A DNA stretch of 36,810 nt from Acidimicrobiia bacterium (GTDB lineage Bacteria > Actinomycetota > Acidimicrobiia > Spongiisociales > JAENVV01): contig JBFGJH010000029.1 of NCBI GenBank assembly GCA_041577335.1, forward strand, positions 1 through 36,810, read 5' to 3'. The stretch's first letter is position 1, and each line of letters starts with the position of its first letter. The notes beneath the pieces were generated by a model. The model made no database searches. It was given only the letters and a program-made list of their open reading frames with translations, and was not told where the DNA came from. Below are positions 18,982 through 29,386 of the stretch, one piece after another. The translations under genes were made by a program, and so were the position numbers.

Positions 18982-19569
18982 TCACCAACCAGGATCACCA
19001 TTGCAGGCGGCGATTCGCTGGAGCGCGTAGCGACCGCCGTCGCGATCGATCTCGATGACCTCCTCGAAGTGAACAACTCGGAGCATCCCAAATGCTTGGA
19101 GAAGCTCCTGGGGCCGAAGTCGAAACGCTGGATCGGTCGGACCACCGACGGCCTCGTGGGTGGCGAAGTGGTGCTCGACGAAGAGCCAACCGTTCTGAGT
19201 CAAAGCGTTGGTCAGGAGGGGCCAGAGGCTCCTGTTCACATAGCGGATCACGGTGATGAGGTCGTAGCTCGACGGAGCCGGCCGCCAATCATCGAGGTCG
19301 GCGACAATCCAATTCACATCGAGGCCTCGGCGGTCAGCGCTCGACTGGGCCTTGGCAATCGCAACCGATGAGATGTCGACGGCATCCACGTGATGTCCGG
19401 CTGCGGCTACCAACATGGCGTTGCGGCCCGCACCACACGCCACGTCGAGCGCACGGCCCGGCTGCAGGCGGGGAAGCCATGCTTCGAGGAAGGGCGACGG
19501 CCAGGTGCGCGGCCGGTAGTCTCCCGACTCGTAGCGATCATCCCATTTTTCCCTCTCCAGATCCGACAC
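18982..19569 (-). CDS. Class I SAM-dependent methyltransferase (TehB-like)
   Basis: WDDRY N-terminus, motif I LDVACGAGRN, AVDISSVA, YDLI; AAGGAG SD before the GTG at 19569. Confidence 0.88.
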   Translation of the reverse strand: MSDLEREKWDDRYESGDYRPRTWPSPFLEAWLPRLQPGRALDVACGAGRNAMLVAAAGHHVDAVDISSVAIAKAQSSADRRGLDVNWIVADLDDWRPAPSSYDLITVIRYVNRSLWPLLTNALTQNGWLFVEHHFATHEAVGGPTDPAFRLRPQELLQAFGMLRVVHFEEVIEIDRDGGRYALQRIAACNGDPGW

Positions 19570-19686
19570 GCCGACTCCTTGTCCAAATCCTCCGCATGCA
19601 TTCTGACGCGTCTGTGTGCCCCTTTTCGGAGCGATTTGGCAGAAGCCCCGGAATGACACATCAGAGAATGCCGATACAGTGGGGGG

Positions 19687-21138
19687 ATGCTCTCAGACCA
19701 ACTGCTCTACATCCACGGTTCTTACGAGAATGCCGCATCGGGCGAATGGTTCCCAACCATCAACCCGGCCACCGAAGAACCCCTGGCCAATGTCGCCCAT
19801 GCCAACGACGAGGACGTCGACCGAGCAGTGCGCTCTGCGCGCGATGGGTTTGTTGTTTGGTCCGCCCTGACTGGCGCCGAGCGCGGGCGCATCCTCATGC
19901 GAGCAGCTGATCTCCTGCGTGCCCGCAACGAGGAGTTGGCTCGGCTCGAAGTTCTCGACACGGGCAAACCGATTGCCGAAGCCACCACGGTTGACATCCT
20001 CTCGGGTGCCGAATGCATCGAGTACTTTGCCGGGTTGGCCGCCAGCCTTCACGGAGATCACTACACCCTCGGCACGAACTTCGCCTATACCCGCCGTGAG
20101 CCGCTGGGAGTCTGCGCGGGCATCGGCGCATGGAACTACCCGATGCAGATCGCATGCTGGAAGTCGGCGCCTGCCCTGGCCTGTGGCAACTCCATGGTGT
20201 TCAAACCAGCCGAACTGACTCCGCTGTCCGCAGCGCGACTCGCCGAGATCTATACGGAGGCCGGAGTCCCCGCCGGTGTGTTCAATGTCGTTCATGGCGA
20301 CGCGCGGACCGGGCACGCTATGACCACTCATGAGGGGATCGCCAAGGTCTCACTCACCGGTGAGGTGGGCACCGGCAAGAAAGTGATGGCTGCGGCCGCC
20401 AACACCCTCAAGCACGTAACGCTCGAACTGGGAGGGAAGTCGCCGCTCATCATCTTTCCCGACGCGGATCTCGACAACGCGATATCGGCGGCATTGTTGG
20501 CCAACTTCTACACACAAGGCGAGGTGTGCTCCAACGGCACCCGCGTCTTCGTTCACGAAGATATCCGTCCGGATTTCGTGGCACGCCTCAAGGATCGCGC
20601 CGAGAAGATGGTGATCGGCGACCCACTTGACCCATCGACCGACGTCGGCGCACTCATATCGGCCGACCATAGATCGAAAGTGGAGGGCTATATCGAGATG
20701 GGCAAGCGCTCTGGGGCCAAGCTGGTGACCGGTGGATCGCGGCCCGGCCATCTCGACACGGGCTACTTCATCGAGCCGACGATCTTCGACGCCTGCACCG
20801 ACGACATGCCGTTCGTCAAAGAAGAGATCTTTGGTCCGGTCATGGCCATTCTCGAGTTCGCGTCCGAGGACGAGGTCGTGGCTCGTGCCAACGACACACC
20901 GTACGGCCTCGCCGCAGGCATCTTCACCAAAGATCTGTCACGGGGCCATCGGGTCGCCGCCCGGTTGGACGCGGGAACGCTGTGGATCAACACGTACAAC
21001 ATCACACCTATCGAGATGCCCTTCGGCGGCTACAAGCAGTCTGGCATTGGACGCGAGAACTCCCATGCGGCGATCGAGCACTACACGCAGCTCAAGGCGA
21101 TCTACGTCGAAACCGGAGACGTCGAGGCCCCCTATTGA
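19687..21138 (+). CDS. betB: Betaine-aldehyde dehydrogenase
   Basis: [53 protein letters not shown]; clustered with betA. Confidence 0.93.
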   Translation: MLSDQLLYIHGSYENAASGEWFPTINPATEEPLANVAHANDEDVDRAVRSARDGFVVWSALTGAERGRILMRAADLLRARNEELARLEVLDTGKPIAEATTVDILSGAECIEYFAGLAASLHGDHYTLGTNFAYTRREPLGVCAGIGAWNYPMQIACWKSAPALACGNSMVFKPAELTPLSAARLAEIYTEAGVPAGVFNVVHGDARTGHAMTTHEGIAKVSLTGEVGTGKKVMAAAANTLKHVTLELGGKSPLIIFPDADLDNAISAALLANFYTQGEVCSNGTRVFVHEDIRPDFVARLKDRAEKMVIGDPLDPSTDVGALISADHRSKVEGYIEMGKRSGAKLVTGGSRPGHLDTGYFIEPTIFDACTDDMPFVKEEIFGPVMAILEFASEDEVVARANDTPYGLAAGIFTKDLSRGHRVAARLDAGTLWINTYNITPIEMPFGGYKQSGIGRENSHAAIEHYTQLKAIYVETGDVEAPY

Positions 21139-21145
21139 CCAAACG

Positions 21146-21173
21146 GTGTGGGGACCCGATCGGGTCCCCACAC
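21146..21173. terminator. Perfect 28-bp palindrome, probably a bidirectional terminator between convergent genes
   Basis: GTGTGGGGACCCGA|TCGGGTCCCCACAC. Confidence 0.75.
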
Positions 21174-21191
21174 GTTACGCCTACTGAGGAT

Positions 21192-22142
21192 CTACGGCAG
21201 CCACGACCGCCACACGGACTCGTTGTCGGCCACCCATTGGGCAGCGACGTCGGCCGGGTCCTCTCCATCGATTTCGACGGCAGGCAGCATCGACAACTGG
21301 TCGTCGGTCGTCAATGTGAAGGCCTCGAGGAATGCGAAGACATCCCCGTCCTTTTCTTGCAACTTCCCTGACGCGGCCTTGTAGAGCACATCCTCGGGGT
21401 AGTCACAGTCCACTCCCCCGTCCCCGCTCGCTGCGGAGGCGGCGCACTCGTCGTTGTACTCGGGCAGCAAGACATTCACGAGGTTGTACTTCGCTACCGC
21501 AGCGGTGGGTGTCCACCAGTACAGGACGATCGGCTCACCGGCAGCAACGCGGCTGTCGACTTCGGCCACCGTCGCCGGCTCTGAGCCCGAGAACACCACA
21601 TCCATCGGTAGCCCGAGATTCTCGATGATCTGCTCGTCGTATTGGGAATACGACGGGTCGGTTCCGAGGAAGCGACCCCGATCGCCTGTTTCCGCAGTTG
21701 CGAACAGCTCGGCGAGCGCCGGGTCCTGGAAGCCTTCCCAGGTCGCCAGCGCCGGGTTGTCGGCGATGACATAGTCGGGCACGAACCACCCGATCTTGCC
21801 GACGGTGCCGAGATCCCCGAGGTCGACGACCGTGCCGTCATCAAAATATGCCTGCTCGGCTTCGGTGACGCCCGACGGCCAGATCTCCAAGACGGCATCC
21901 AGGGTTCCATCCGCCATGCCGGTGAACATGGCATCGTTCTCGTTCACTTCGACGATGTCGACCGAGTTGCCCAACTCCTGTTCGATGATGGCCTTGGCCA
22001 CTTCGGCGTTGAGTCGCGAGGCCGTCCATGGGTTCACGATCAGGTTGATCGCAGGATCGTCACCACCCGCTTCGGAATCGCCACCGCATGCCGTGAATAC
22101 AAGTGTGAGGACCGCCAGGGCGGTCAGAATCTTCTTCAACAT
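21192..22142 (-). CDS. Quaternary-amine (choline/betaine-type) ABC substrate-binding lipoprotein
   Basis: Lipobox FTAC; OpuAC-fold segments LEIWPSG, GWFVPDY, LYWWTP; GGAGGAG SD (alternative start 22148). Confidence 0.88.
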   Translation of the reverse strand: MLKKILTALAVLTLVFTACGGDSEAGGDDPAINLIVNPWTASRLNAEVAKAIIEQELGNSVDIVEVNENDAMFTGMADGTLDAVLEIWPSGVTEAEQAYFDDGTVVDLGDLGTVGKIGWFVPDYVIADNPALATWEGFQDPALAELFATAETGDRGRFLGTDPSYSQYDEQIIENLGLPMDVVFSGSEPATVAEVDSRVAAGEPIVLYWWTPTAAVAKYNLVNVLLPEYNDECAASAASGDGGVDCDYPEDVLYKAASGKLQEKDGDVFAFLEAFTLTTDDQLSMLPAVEIDGEDPADVAAQWVADNESVWRSWLP

Positions 22143-22200
22143 TGACATCTCCTCCTATGCCCGCCCCTTGCGGTGCGGACGCTCGCTACATTACCCAGGG

Positions 22201-23232
22201 ATGTCCATGCGCGTGCCCTCACCTCCCGTTTTAGAGGTCCAAGAGCTGTGGAAGGTGTTCGGCCAGAAGTCTCGCCGAGCGCTTTCGATGGCACAGTCCG
22301 GCGATGACAGAAAGACGATTCTGGATGAGACCGGATGCGTCATTGGGGTTCGTGACGTTTCGTTTCAAGTATCCCCTGGAGAAGTATTCGTGGTCATGGG
22401 CTTGTCAGGCTCGGGAAAATCGACTCTCATCCGTTGCGCCGCCCGACTGACCGAGGTCACCGAGGGCAGGGTCTTCATCGACGGCGAAGATTTCACGGCA
22501 ATGGACGAGGAGGCGCTCAGGGACGTGCGTCGCCGCAAACTCTCGATGGTCTTCCAACATTTTGGCCTCCTCCCCCATCGACGGGTCATCGACAACGTCG
22601 CCTACGGGCTCGAGATCCAGAGGATTCCGAAGAAGGAGCGGCTGGCTCGGGCGATCGAAGTTCTGACAACGGTCGGGCTGGAAGGATTCGAGTATCACTA
22701 TCCCCAACAACTCTCGGGGGGCATGCAGCAACGTGTCGGGCTGGCCAGGGCGCTGGCCGTCGACCCGGAGGTCCTGTTTTTCGACGAGCCGTTCTCGGCG
22801 CTCGATCCCCTGATCCGTCGCGATATGCAGGACGAGCTGATCCGGCTTCAGGAGGTAATGAGCCGCACGCTCGTATTCATCACCCATGACTTCGCTGAAG
22901 CGATCAAGCTCGGCGACCGGATCGCCATCATGAAAGACGGTGCGTTCGACCAAATCGGCACGGCCGCCGAACTCATCACGCGGCCCGCGACCGACTATGT
23001 GCGCGAGTTCACCAAGGATGTGCCCAAGGCCAAGGTGCTCCGCGCTCGTGATGTGATGACGGCCGCCATACCCGACCGCGGTACTCATATTCACGCCGAC
23101 GACACGGTAGAGACAATCGTTCCACAGCTTCTGGCGAGCGCCGAAGGTCTCATCGTGGTCGACGACCAGGGCAACCCGATCGGCGGTGTAGATCGCGACG
23201 CGGTGGCCGAACTGCTGATGGCCACCCCATGA
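22201..23232 (+). CDS. Choline/betaine ABC transporter ATP-binding protein
   Basis: [44 protein letters not shown]; short CBS-like tail. Confidence 0.92.
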   Translation: MSMRVPSPPVLEVQELWKVFGQKSRRALSMAQSGDDRKTILDETGCVIGVRDVSFQVSPGEVFVVMGLSGSGKSTLIRCAARLTEVTEGRVFIDGEDFTAMDEEALRDVRRRKLSMVFQHFGLLPHRRVIDNVAYGLEIQRIPKKERLARAIEVLTTVGLEGFEYHYPQQLSGGMQQRVGLARALAVDPEVLFFDEPFSALDPLIRRDMQDELIRLQEVMSRTLVFITHDFAEAIKLGDRIAIMKDGAFDQIGTAAELITRPATDYVREFTKDVPKAKVLRARDVMTAAIPDRGTHIHADDTVETIVPQLLASAEGLIVVDDQGNPIGGVDRDAVAELLMATP

Positions 23233-25145
23233 CGGCGGCCACCGCCGACCGAGCGATTGGCTCCACTCTCCTTTCGCGTTGGGTGGCTTGGATTGGCTTG
23301 GCGGTCGGTGCCGTCATCCTGCAGCTTCTTTTCAGCGACTGGAACGAATTCCCGGCGGTTCTCGACACGTTTCTCTCCGATCCGGCGGATGCGGCGGCGG
23401 CATGGGGACGCTCCAACCGCCAGTCTCACCTTCTGTTCACGGCGTTCTTCACTCCGTTGACTGGTGCCCTCGAAGGGGCGATGGACGGGGTCGAGACGTT
23501 CCTCCTATGGCTCCCGTGGTTTGTGCTGCCGGCCGTCGTGTTCTTGACAGTTGCCAGAAACCGACCCATCGGCGAAGCCATCGTGGCAACGATTGCGGCG
23601 CTGTACCCGGGCCTCATCGGAGTTTGGGAAGAGACCATGGAAACGCTGGCGCTCATGGCGATCGCCGTGTCGGTTGCCGCCATCATTGGGATCCCGCTCG
23701 GCGTTTGGGCCGCACTCAACCCGCGAGTCGAAAAGGCGATTCGGCCCTTCCTCGACATCATGCAGACGGTCCCTGCGTTCATCTATTTCTTGCCGCTGCT
23801 TCTCATGTTCGGCGTTGGCAAGGTGAACGGGGCTGTCGCAACCGTCATCTATGCATTGCCACCAATCGTCCGGTTGACGACGTTGGGGATCCGGGAGGTC
23901 CCCGAGCAGTCGATCGAGGCCTCGCGGGTATTCGGAGCCACCACCCGCCAGACACTCTTCAAGGTTCAGTTGCCGAGCGCCATGCCGACGATTCTCACCG
24001 GTCTCAACCAGACCATCATGATGGCCCTCGGAATCGTCGTGCTCGCCGCCCTCGTCGCAGCCGGCGGGCTCGGAGCGCTGGTCCTGCAGACGCTCAATCA
24101 ACGCCGAACCGGCAGAGGCATCGCGGTGGGTTTGGCCATCGTGGCCGTCGCCATGATGCTCGATCGACTCGGGCGCTCGTTGGCGTCGACCGACCGGTCG
24201 CGCCGTGTTCCCCGGCGCATCGCCTGGACTGCCTTGGGCACGCTCGCCGTCGCGACCACGGTAGGCCGGATCAGGGGATGGAGTGATTTCCCCGACGCCT
24301 GGTCGACCCGAGTCTTCGACCCGATCGACGACGGGGTCGTCTGGGCGCGTGACAACCTATCGTGGCTGACGCGGCCGGTGAACGACTTCATTGTCGCCGA
24401 CGTCATCATCCCAACGCGCGACCTCCTCACCGACACGATTGCCTGGCCAGTGCTCGTCTTCGTGGCAGGCTTCTTGGGCTGGCGACTCAAAGGGTGGGGA
24501 TTGGCGGCGTTCTGTTCACTGGCCGTGGCTGCGATCGGTCTGATGGGCATGTGGGAGCTATCCATCGATACCTTCACCCAAGTGATGACTGCGGTCGTCA
24601 TCGCAATTCTCATCGCCATTCCGATTGGCGTGATGGCAGGTCGCAGCCCTCGGGTCGAGGCGGCCCTCGGCCCCATCCTCGACGGGCTCCAGACCATTCC
24701 CTCGCTCGTCTATATCATCCCGGTCGTGATCCTGTTCACGGTTGGGGTGGTTCCGGGCATCATCGCCTCGGTGCTGTACGCCATCGTGCCCGGCATCCGG
24801 ATCTCCGCGCTGGGGATCAGGCGCGTTCCTGGCGAGAGCGTCGAGGCGTCACGCACGTTTGGCGCCACACCGCGCCAGACGATGTTCGGAGTCCGAATCC
24901 CCCTGGCGGCGCCGACGATCATGGCGGGCATCAATCAGATCATCATGATGGTCCTGGCCATGGTCATCATCGCCGGCCTGGTGGGAGCCGGGGCGCTGGG
25001 ATTCGAGACCGTCCGGGCCTTGACTCGCAACGAGGTGGGGTTGGGCCTCGAAGTGGGCCTGTCGATCGCGCTCATCGCCATGATCCTCGATCGCCTCACC
25101 GAGGCGTGGGGCGACCGATTGCGACCCCCCACCGGTCACACATGA
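23229..25145 (+). CDS. Choline/betaine ABC permease with two fused ProW-type domains
   Basis: Two copies of LD..QT.P...Y and EAS..FGAT.RQT.F.V..P. Confidence 0.92.
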   Translation: MTAATADRAIGSTLLSRWVAWIGLAVGAVILQLLFSDWNEFPAVLDTFLSDPADAAAAWGRSNRQSHLLFTAFFTPLTGALEGAMDGVETFLLWLPWFVLPAVVFLTVARNRPIGEAIVATIAALYPGLIGVWEETMETLALMAIAVSVAAIIGIPLGVWAALNPRVEKAIRPFLDIMQTVPAFIYFLPLLLMFGVGKVNGAVATVIYALPPIVRLTTLGIREVPEQSIEASRVFGATTRQTLFKVQLPSAMPTILTGLNQTIMMALGIVVLAALVAAGGLGALVLQTLNQRRTGRGIAVGLAIVAVAMMLDRLGRSLASTDRSRRVPRRIAWTALGTLAVATTVGRIRGWSDFPDAWSTRVFDPIDDGVVWARDNLSWLTRPVNDFIVADVIIPTRDLLTDTIAWPVLVFVAGFLGWRLKGWGLAAFCSLAVAAIGLMGMWELSIDTFTQVMTAVVIAILIAIPIGVMAGRSPRVEAALGPILDGLQTIPSLVYIIPVVILFTVGVVPGIIASVLYAIVPGIRISALGIRRVPGESVEASRTFGATPRQTMFGVRIPLAAPTIMAGINQIIMMVLAMVIIAGLVGAGALGFETVRALTRNEVGLGLEVGLSIALIAMILDRLTEAWGDRLRPPTGHT

Positions 25146-26797
25146 CGGCCGACCAGCCGTGGGATTTCGTGATCGTTGGTGGTGGATCGGCTGGGTCGGT
25201 GCTCGCCAACCGCTTGAGTCACGATCCCTCGATTCGGGTTCTCGTCCTCGAAGCCGGCCGTCCCGACTATCCGTGGGACGTGTTCATCCACATGCCCGCA
25301 GCGTTGCCGTTTCCGATCGGGAGCCGCTTCTACGACTGGAGGTATGAATCGGAGCCAGAGGCCGAGATGTTCGATCGACGGATCTATCACGCCCGTGGCA
25401 AGGTCTTGGGAGGCTCCTCCAGTATCAACGGAATGATTTTCCAACGCGGTAATCCGATGGACTTCGACACATGGGCGCAAGGTCGTGGCATGGAACACTG
25501 GGATTACGCCCACTGCCTGCCTTATTTCAAACGAATGGAGACGTGCACGGCCGGTCCGGATGAGTGGCGGGGCGGGGACGGTCCCCTGGTCCTCGAACGT
25601 GGCGCGGCCGAGAATCCGCTGTTTGGCGCCTTCCTGGAGGCGGCGAGTCAGGCCGGATACCCACTGACCGACGACGTGAACGGATTTCAGCAGGAAGGGT
25701 TCGCCCGCTTTGATCGCAACATCAGCAATGGCCGCAGGCACAGTGCGTCGGTGGCCTACCTCCGCCCCGTCCGAAGCCGCGCAAACCTCTCGTTGGTGAC
25801 GCGAGCACACGTGACTGGTATTCGGTTCAGCGGATCCACGGCACGCGGCGTCGAGTTCAGCAGACGTGGTCGGCGGCAGTTTGCGGCAGCCAAGGAGGTC
25901 ATTCTCTGTGGCGGTGCCATCAACTCGCCCCAGCTTCTCCAGTTGTCGGGAATCGGCGACCCCGCTGAGTTGAGCGCACTAGGGATCGGAACCGTGGCCG
26001 GCCTATCGGGAGTCGGCGAGAACCTTCAGGACCACCTGGAGGTGTACATCCAATACGCCAGCAAGCTGCCCGTCTCCATCGCTCCCGGGCTGGCGTGGTG
26101 GCGCCGACCCCTCATCGGGGCCGAGTGGCTCTTCCTCCGCTCCGGGCTCGGCGCAACCAATCACTTCGAGGCGGGAGGATTTGTGCGCAGCAACGACGAG
26201 GTGGCCTATCCGAACCTGATGCTTCACTTTCTGCCCATCGCCATCCGCTACGACGGCTCGTCGCCGACGTCGGGTCACGGCTATCAGGTACACATCGGGC
26301 CCATGAAGTCGGACGCGAAGGGCTCGGTCAAGATCTCGACAACCGATCCGTTCGTCCCACCACAGCTACGTTTCAACTACCTCTCGACGGAACAAGATCG
26401 CCGGGAGTGGGTTGAGGCCGTCCGGGTGGCGCGTTCCATCCTGACTCAACCGGCGTTCGACGCCTACAACGAGGGAGAGTTGTCCCCAGGACCGGGTGTG
26501 CAATCCGAGGCGGAGATCCTGGAATGGGTGGCCCGCGACGCGGAAACTGCGCTCCATCCCTCGTGCACCGCCAGGATGGGCCTCGATGAAGGGGCGGTCG
26601 TCGATCCGGCGTCGATGAAGGTGCACGGGGTCGAGGGGCTGCGGGTTGTCGACGCGTCGGTGATGCCGTCGATCACCAACGGAAACATCTATGCGCCCGT
26701 GATGATGATCGCCGAAAAGGCGGCTGACCTCATTCTCGGCAACTCACCCCTACCCCCATCGACGGTACCGGTCTACCGTCATGCCGCCGAGAAGTAG
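25142..26797 (+). CDS. betA: Choline dehydrogenase (GMC oxidoreductase)
   Basis: [66 protein letters not shown] overlap with the permease. Confidence 0.95.
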   Translation: MTADQPWDFVIVGGGSAGSVLANRLSHDPSIRVLVLEAGRPDYPWDVFIHMPAALPFPIGSRFYDWRYESEPEAEMFDRRIYHARGKVLGGSSSINGMIFQRGNPMDFDTWAQGRGMEHWDYAHCLPYFKRMETCTAGPDEWRGGDGPLVLERGAAENPLFGAFLEAASQAGYPLTDDVNGFQQEGFARFDRNISNGRRHSASVAYLRPVRSRANLSLVTRAHVTGIRFSGSTARGVEFSRRGRRQFAAAKEVILCGGAINSPQLLQLSGIGDPAELSALGIGTVAGLSGVGENLQDHLEVYIQYASKLPVSIAPGLAWWRRPLIGAEWLFLRSGLGATNHFEAGGFVRSNDEVAYPNLMLHFLPIAIRYDGSSPTSGHGYQVHIGPMKSDAKGSVKISTTDPFVPPQLRFNYLSTEQDRREWVEAVRVARSILTQPAFDAYNEGELSPGPGVQSEAEILEWVARDAETALHPSCTARMGLDEGAVVDPASMKVHGVEGLRVVDASVMPSITNGNIYAPVMMIAEKAADLILGNSPLPPSTVPVYRHAAEK

Positions 26798-26818
26798 CAC
26801 TTGCCGAGACGCGGCGAA

Positions 26819-26860
26819 CCCAGGGCCCACACCATCCCTCAGCGGCGCTGGGTCCCTGGG
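26819..26860. terminator. Possible hairpin between convergent betA and hsp20
   Basis: CCCAGGGCCCA ... TGGGTCCCTGGG imperfect inverted repeat with a long loop. Confidence 0.4.
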
Positions 26861-26879
26861 CTCGTCAAACCAAACTCAC

Positions 26880-27320
26880 TCAAGCCTTGATCGGAATCTC
26901 AATCGGCGTTGCCGATGTTTTCCCCTCCTCGGGCAAAGCGACTCTGACCGTGAGAACACCGTTCTCGAAGGTGCCGGCAATCTTCTTGATGTCGACCCCT
27001 TCGGGAAGCATGATGTCGCGCCGGAAGGTTCCGGTGCGTCGCTCATGCATGAAAACCCCGTCGGTCTCCTTCTCCGTGTCCGACTCGATCTCGCCCTTGA
27101 TGCGGAGCAGCCCATCGACGACCTCGACCTTGAGGCCCTCTTTCGGGTCCACGCCGGGGAGCTCGGCCTTCACGACGACATCCCCATTTTCGGTGAAGAC
27201 GTCGCATTTCGGCTTCCAGTCACCCTCTGCGCCGGCCAAACCCATTCTCTCCATGAGGGACTGGAACTCATGTTCCAGGGAAGTGAAAGCATCGAATGGC
27301 GCCCACTTCGTGATGGCCAT
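26880..27320 (-). CDS. Hsp20/alpha-crystallin small heat-shock protein
   Basis: AELPGVD, ERRTGTFRRDIMLP, FENGVLTV; GAAAGGAAGG SD. Confidence 0.93.
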   Translation of the reverse strand: MAITKWAPFDAFTSLEHEFQSLMERMGLAGAEGDWKPKCDVFTENGDVVVKAELPGVDPKEGLKVEVVDGLLRIKGEIESDTEKETDGVFMHERRTGTFRRDIMLPEGVDIKKIAGTFENGVLTVRVALPEEGKTSATPIEIPIKA

Positions 27321-27473
27321 GTCACCTTCCTTTCCACCAACTCGAACACCACCGTACGAATGATGCGCCGCGACGCATAGAGTCCAAATCCCCTTTCGCT
27401 CTCGGGACAGGCCAGGCGTCGGCGGTATCGTGCGACCAACGGACACGTCGAGGCCAGAGATCGAGGAGAACTC

Positions 27474-28643
27474 GTGACACAGCATGTGGTTGAAGGAGCC
27501 GAAGGGAAGATCCACTTCGTGGCGGATCACATGCCGCTGGTCGCCGCCATCGGCGATCGATTCGGTCGCGACAAGCCGTTCGCCGGGCTGACGGTCGCGG
27601 TTCGCATCCACATCGAGGCCAAAACCGCCGTCCTGCTTCGCACATTGCAACGAGGTGGCGCCCAGCTCGTGGCGACGGGCAACCAGGGGACCACCGACGA
27701 TGCCGTAGCGGCGGCGCTACGCACCGGCCAGATCGATGTGATCGGGAGTCGGGCGGATGACAAGGAAGCCATTCGCGTTCACCTCGACGAGCTGGCTCGG
27801 CGATCTCCCGATCTGGTGCTCGACAATGGAGCTGAGCTCATCGAGCTCCTGGTGTCTCATCCGCCCCGGGGGGCAACCGAGGAGACCACGTCGGGAGCAT
27901 TCAGGCTTCGCAGGGCTCTCGCCGGAGCGATCCCGTTCCCGGTCATCGTCATCAATGACAGCCCCCTCAAAGCAATCGTGGAAAACAAGCACGGGGTGGG
28001 GCAATCGGTGGTGCAAGTCCTGCAGCAGGCCACCAACCTGCTGCTCGCACATCGGCCGTTGGTCGTGTTTGGATACGGATGGTGCGGCCGGGGCATCGCC
28101 CACTACGCCAAGGCCGGCGGAGCGCGCGTCGTTGTTGTCGAGCAGGATGAGATCAAGGCTCTCGAAGCGGCCATCGATGGCTTCGTCGTAGCATCCAAGG
28201 CTCAGGCGCTGGCTGAAGGCCTGATCTTCGTAACCGCCACCGGCGAAACCGACGTGATCACCGTTGAGTCGATGAGGCGCATGCCGAGCGGCGCCGTCAT
28301 CGCCAACGCCGGTCATTTCGACACCGAGATCGACATGGTCGGGCTCAGAAAGGTCGCCAAGGCCGCCAGCCGAGGGTCTTCGATCACCCGGTACGAGTTC
28401 GTAGACGAGCATTATGTGGACATCATTGCCGAAGGACAGATGGTGAACCTCGCCGCAGCAGGGAGCCGAGGCAACGCCATCGAGATCATGGATCTCGGCT
28501 TTGCGCTGCAAGCCCTGTCCCTCGAACGCTTGGCCACTGCCTCCGACGTTCTGCCACCGGGCGACCAGCCCGTGCCAGACGACATCAATCGCACCGTGGC
28601 AACCGAGATGGTGAATGCATTGATGAGCCGGCCGGCCTCGTGA
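27474..28643 (+). CDS. ahcY: Adenosylhomocysteinase-family protein (short, divergent)
   Basis: HIEAKT, EETTSG, NDSPLK, GYGWCGRG (NAD), TATG, NAGHF, VNL; GAGGAG SD before the GTG. Confidence 0.82.
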   Translation: MTQHVVEGAEGKIHFVADHMPLVAAIGDRFGRDKPFAGLTVAVRIHIEAKTAVLLRTLQRGGAQLVATGNQGTTDDAVAAALRTGQIDVIGSRADDKEAIRVHLDELARRSPDLVLDNGAELIELLVSHPPRGATEETTSGAFRLRRALAGAIPFPVIVINDSPLKAIVENKHGVGQSVVQVLQQATNLLLAHRPLVVFGYGWCGRGIAHYAKAGGARVVVVEQDEIKALEAAIDGFVVASKAQALAEGLIFVTATGETDVITVESMRRMPSGAVIANAGHFDTEIDMVGLRKVAKAASRGSSITRYEFVDEHYVDIIAEGQMVNLAAAGSRGNAIEIMDLGFALQALSLERLATASDVLPPGDQPVPDDINRTVATEMVNALMSRPAS

Positions 28644-28665
28644 CGAGCCGGGAACCGCCGGCTCG
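28644..28665 (+). terminator. Hairpin immediately after the ahcY stop
   Basis: CGAGCCGG-GAACCG-CCGGCTCG, 8-bp stem. Confidence 0.55.
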
Positions 28666-28874
28666 CTGGGTCAGGCGAATGCAAAAGGAAGGCGCACAAC
28701 GTCCTATGGAGAGCCTCTGAGGCACGAGTCGGCACAAGGATCGGCACTGTGTCCGTGGTGTCGAGCACGCAGCGGCACGGCAGCGATTCACCAGTACCAA
28801 CCCCGCCTATCGAGCCTACGCGGCCGTGATCGAAAGGCCAGTTCCTCCTGCGACTGCATCGTTGGCGGCGTTCA

Positions 28875-29294
28875 TCAGGCGAGGAGCGCCACGACCTTCA
28901 TCTCGATGAGGAGGTGAGGATGGGGTAGCTGATGCACCGCAACGGTGGTTCGGGCGGGACCGTCAGCGCCGAAATACGACGCGTACACCTCGTTGTAGCC
29001 GCCGAAGTCGTTCATGTTCACGAGGAAGGTGGTCACGTCGACGACGTCGGTGAGCGTAGCGCCGATCTCGGCCAAGATATCGGCGATGTTGTCGATGACG
29101 GCTGCCGTTTGGGTACGAATGTCGAGCGCGGTGGTACCCATCCCATCGATGCTTGCCCCTGCGATCGTGTTGTCCGGCCTCCGACTCGACGTGCCGGACA
29201 CAAACGCAAACCCTCCCGCCGTGCGTACATGAGGATACGCGCCGCGCGGTTGCGCTTTGCCTTTCACCACTCGGGCTTCGGATTCCGCTCCCAT
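28875..29294 (-). CDS. RidA-family protein, probable 2-aminomuconate deaminase (AmnD/NbaF-type)
   Basis: [47 protein letters not shown]; divergent from nbaC. Confidence 0.85.
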   Translation of the reverse strand: MGAESEARVVKGKAQPRGAYPHVRTAGGFAFVSGTSSRRPDNTIAGASIDGMGTTALDIRTQTAAVIDNIADILAEIGATLTDVVDVTTFLVNMNDFGGYNEVYASYFGADGPARTTVAVHQLPHPHLLIEMKVVALLA

Positions 29295-29386
29295 TGGCTT
29301 CTTTCGGACGACGCCGTCGTTGTTCGGTACTGTAGTTGTTGGTGCCACCAGCATTGGAACCACACCGGACAACGAGGGAGAACGAC

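Noticed and set aside
19570..19645. Moco riboswitch (minus strand ends ATTTGGACAAGGAG)
   Set aside because: Lacks the conserved GGAAAC tetraloop arm and GCCTCCC elements.
19687..21138. This ALDH as the missing 2-aminomuconate-semialdehyde dehydrogenase
   Set aside because: Motifs and position next to betA identify it as BetB; moonlighting cannot be supported from sequence.
21796..22200. N-terminal extensions in the ORF track (ATPase from 21796, betA from 24362, kmo from 31996, rtcB from 16096, hsp20 from 27650)
   Set aside because: They overlap neighbouring genes or promoters; downstream starts have SD, leaderless signals or stop/start overlaps.
27363..27394. HspR/HrcA/DosR-type operator upstream of hsp20
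   Set aside because: No HAIR or CIRCE match; the DosR-like similarity and the ATGCGCCGCGACGCAT dyad are too degenerate to call.
27380..27473. SAH riboswitch upstream of ahcY
   Set aside because: Only a CCAGGC fragment is present; the GAGGAGCGCTGC core and the pairing GGCGCTC are absent.
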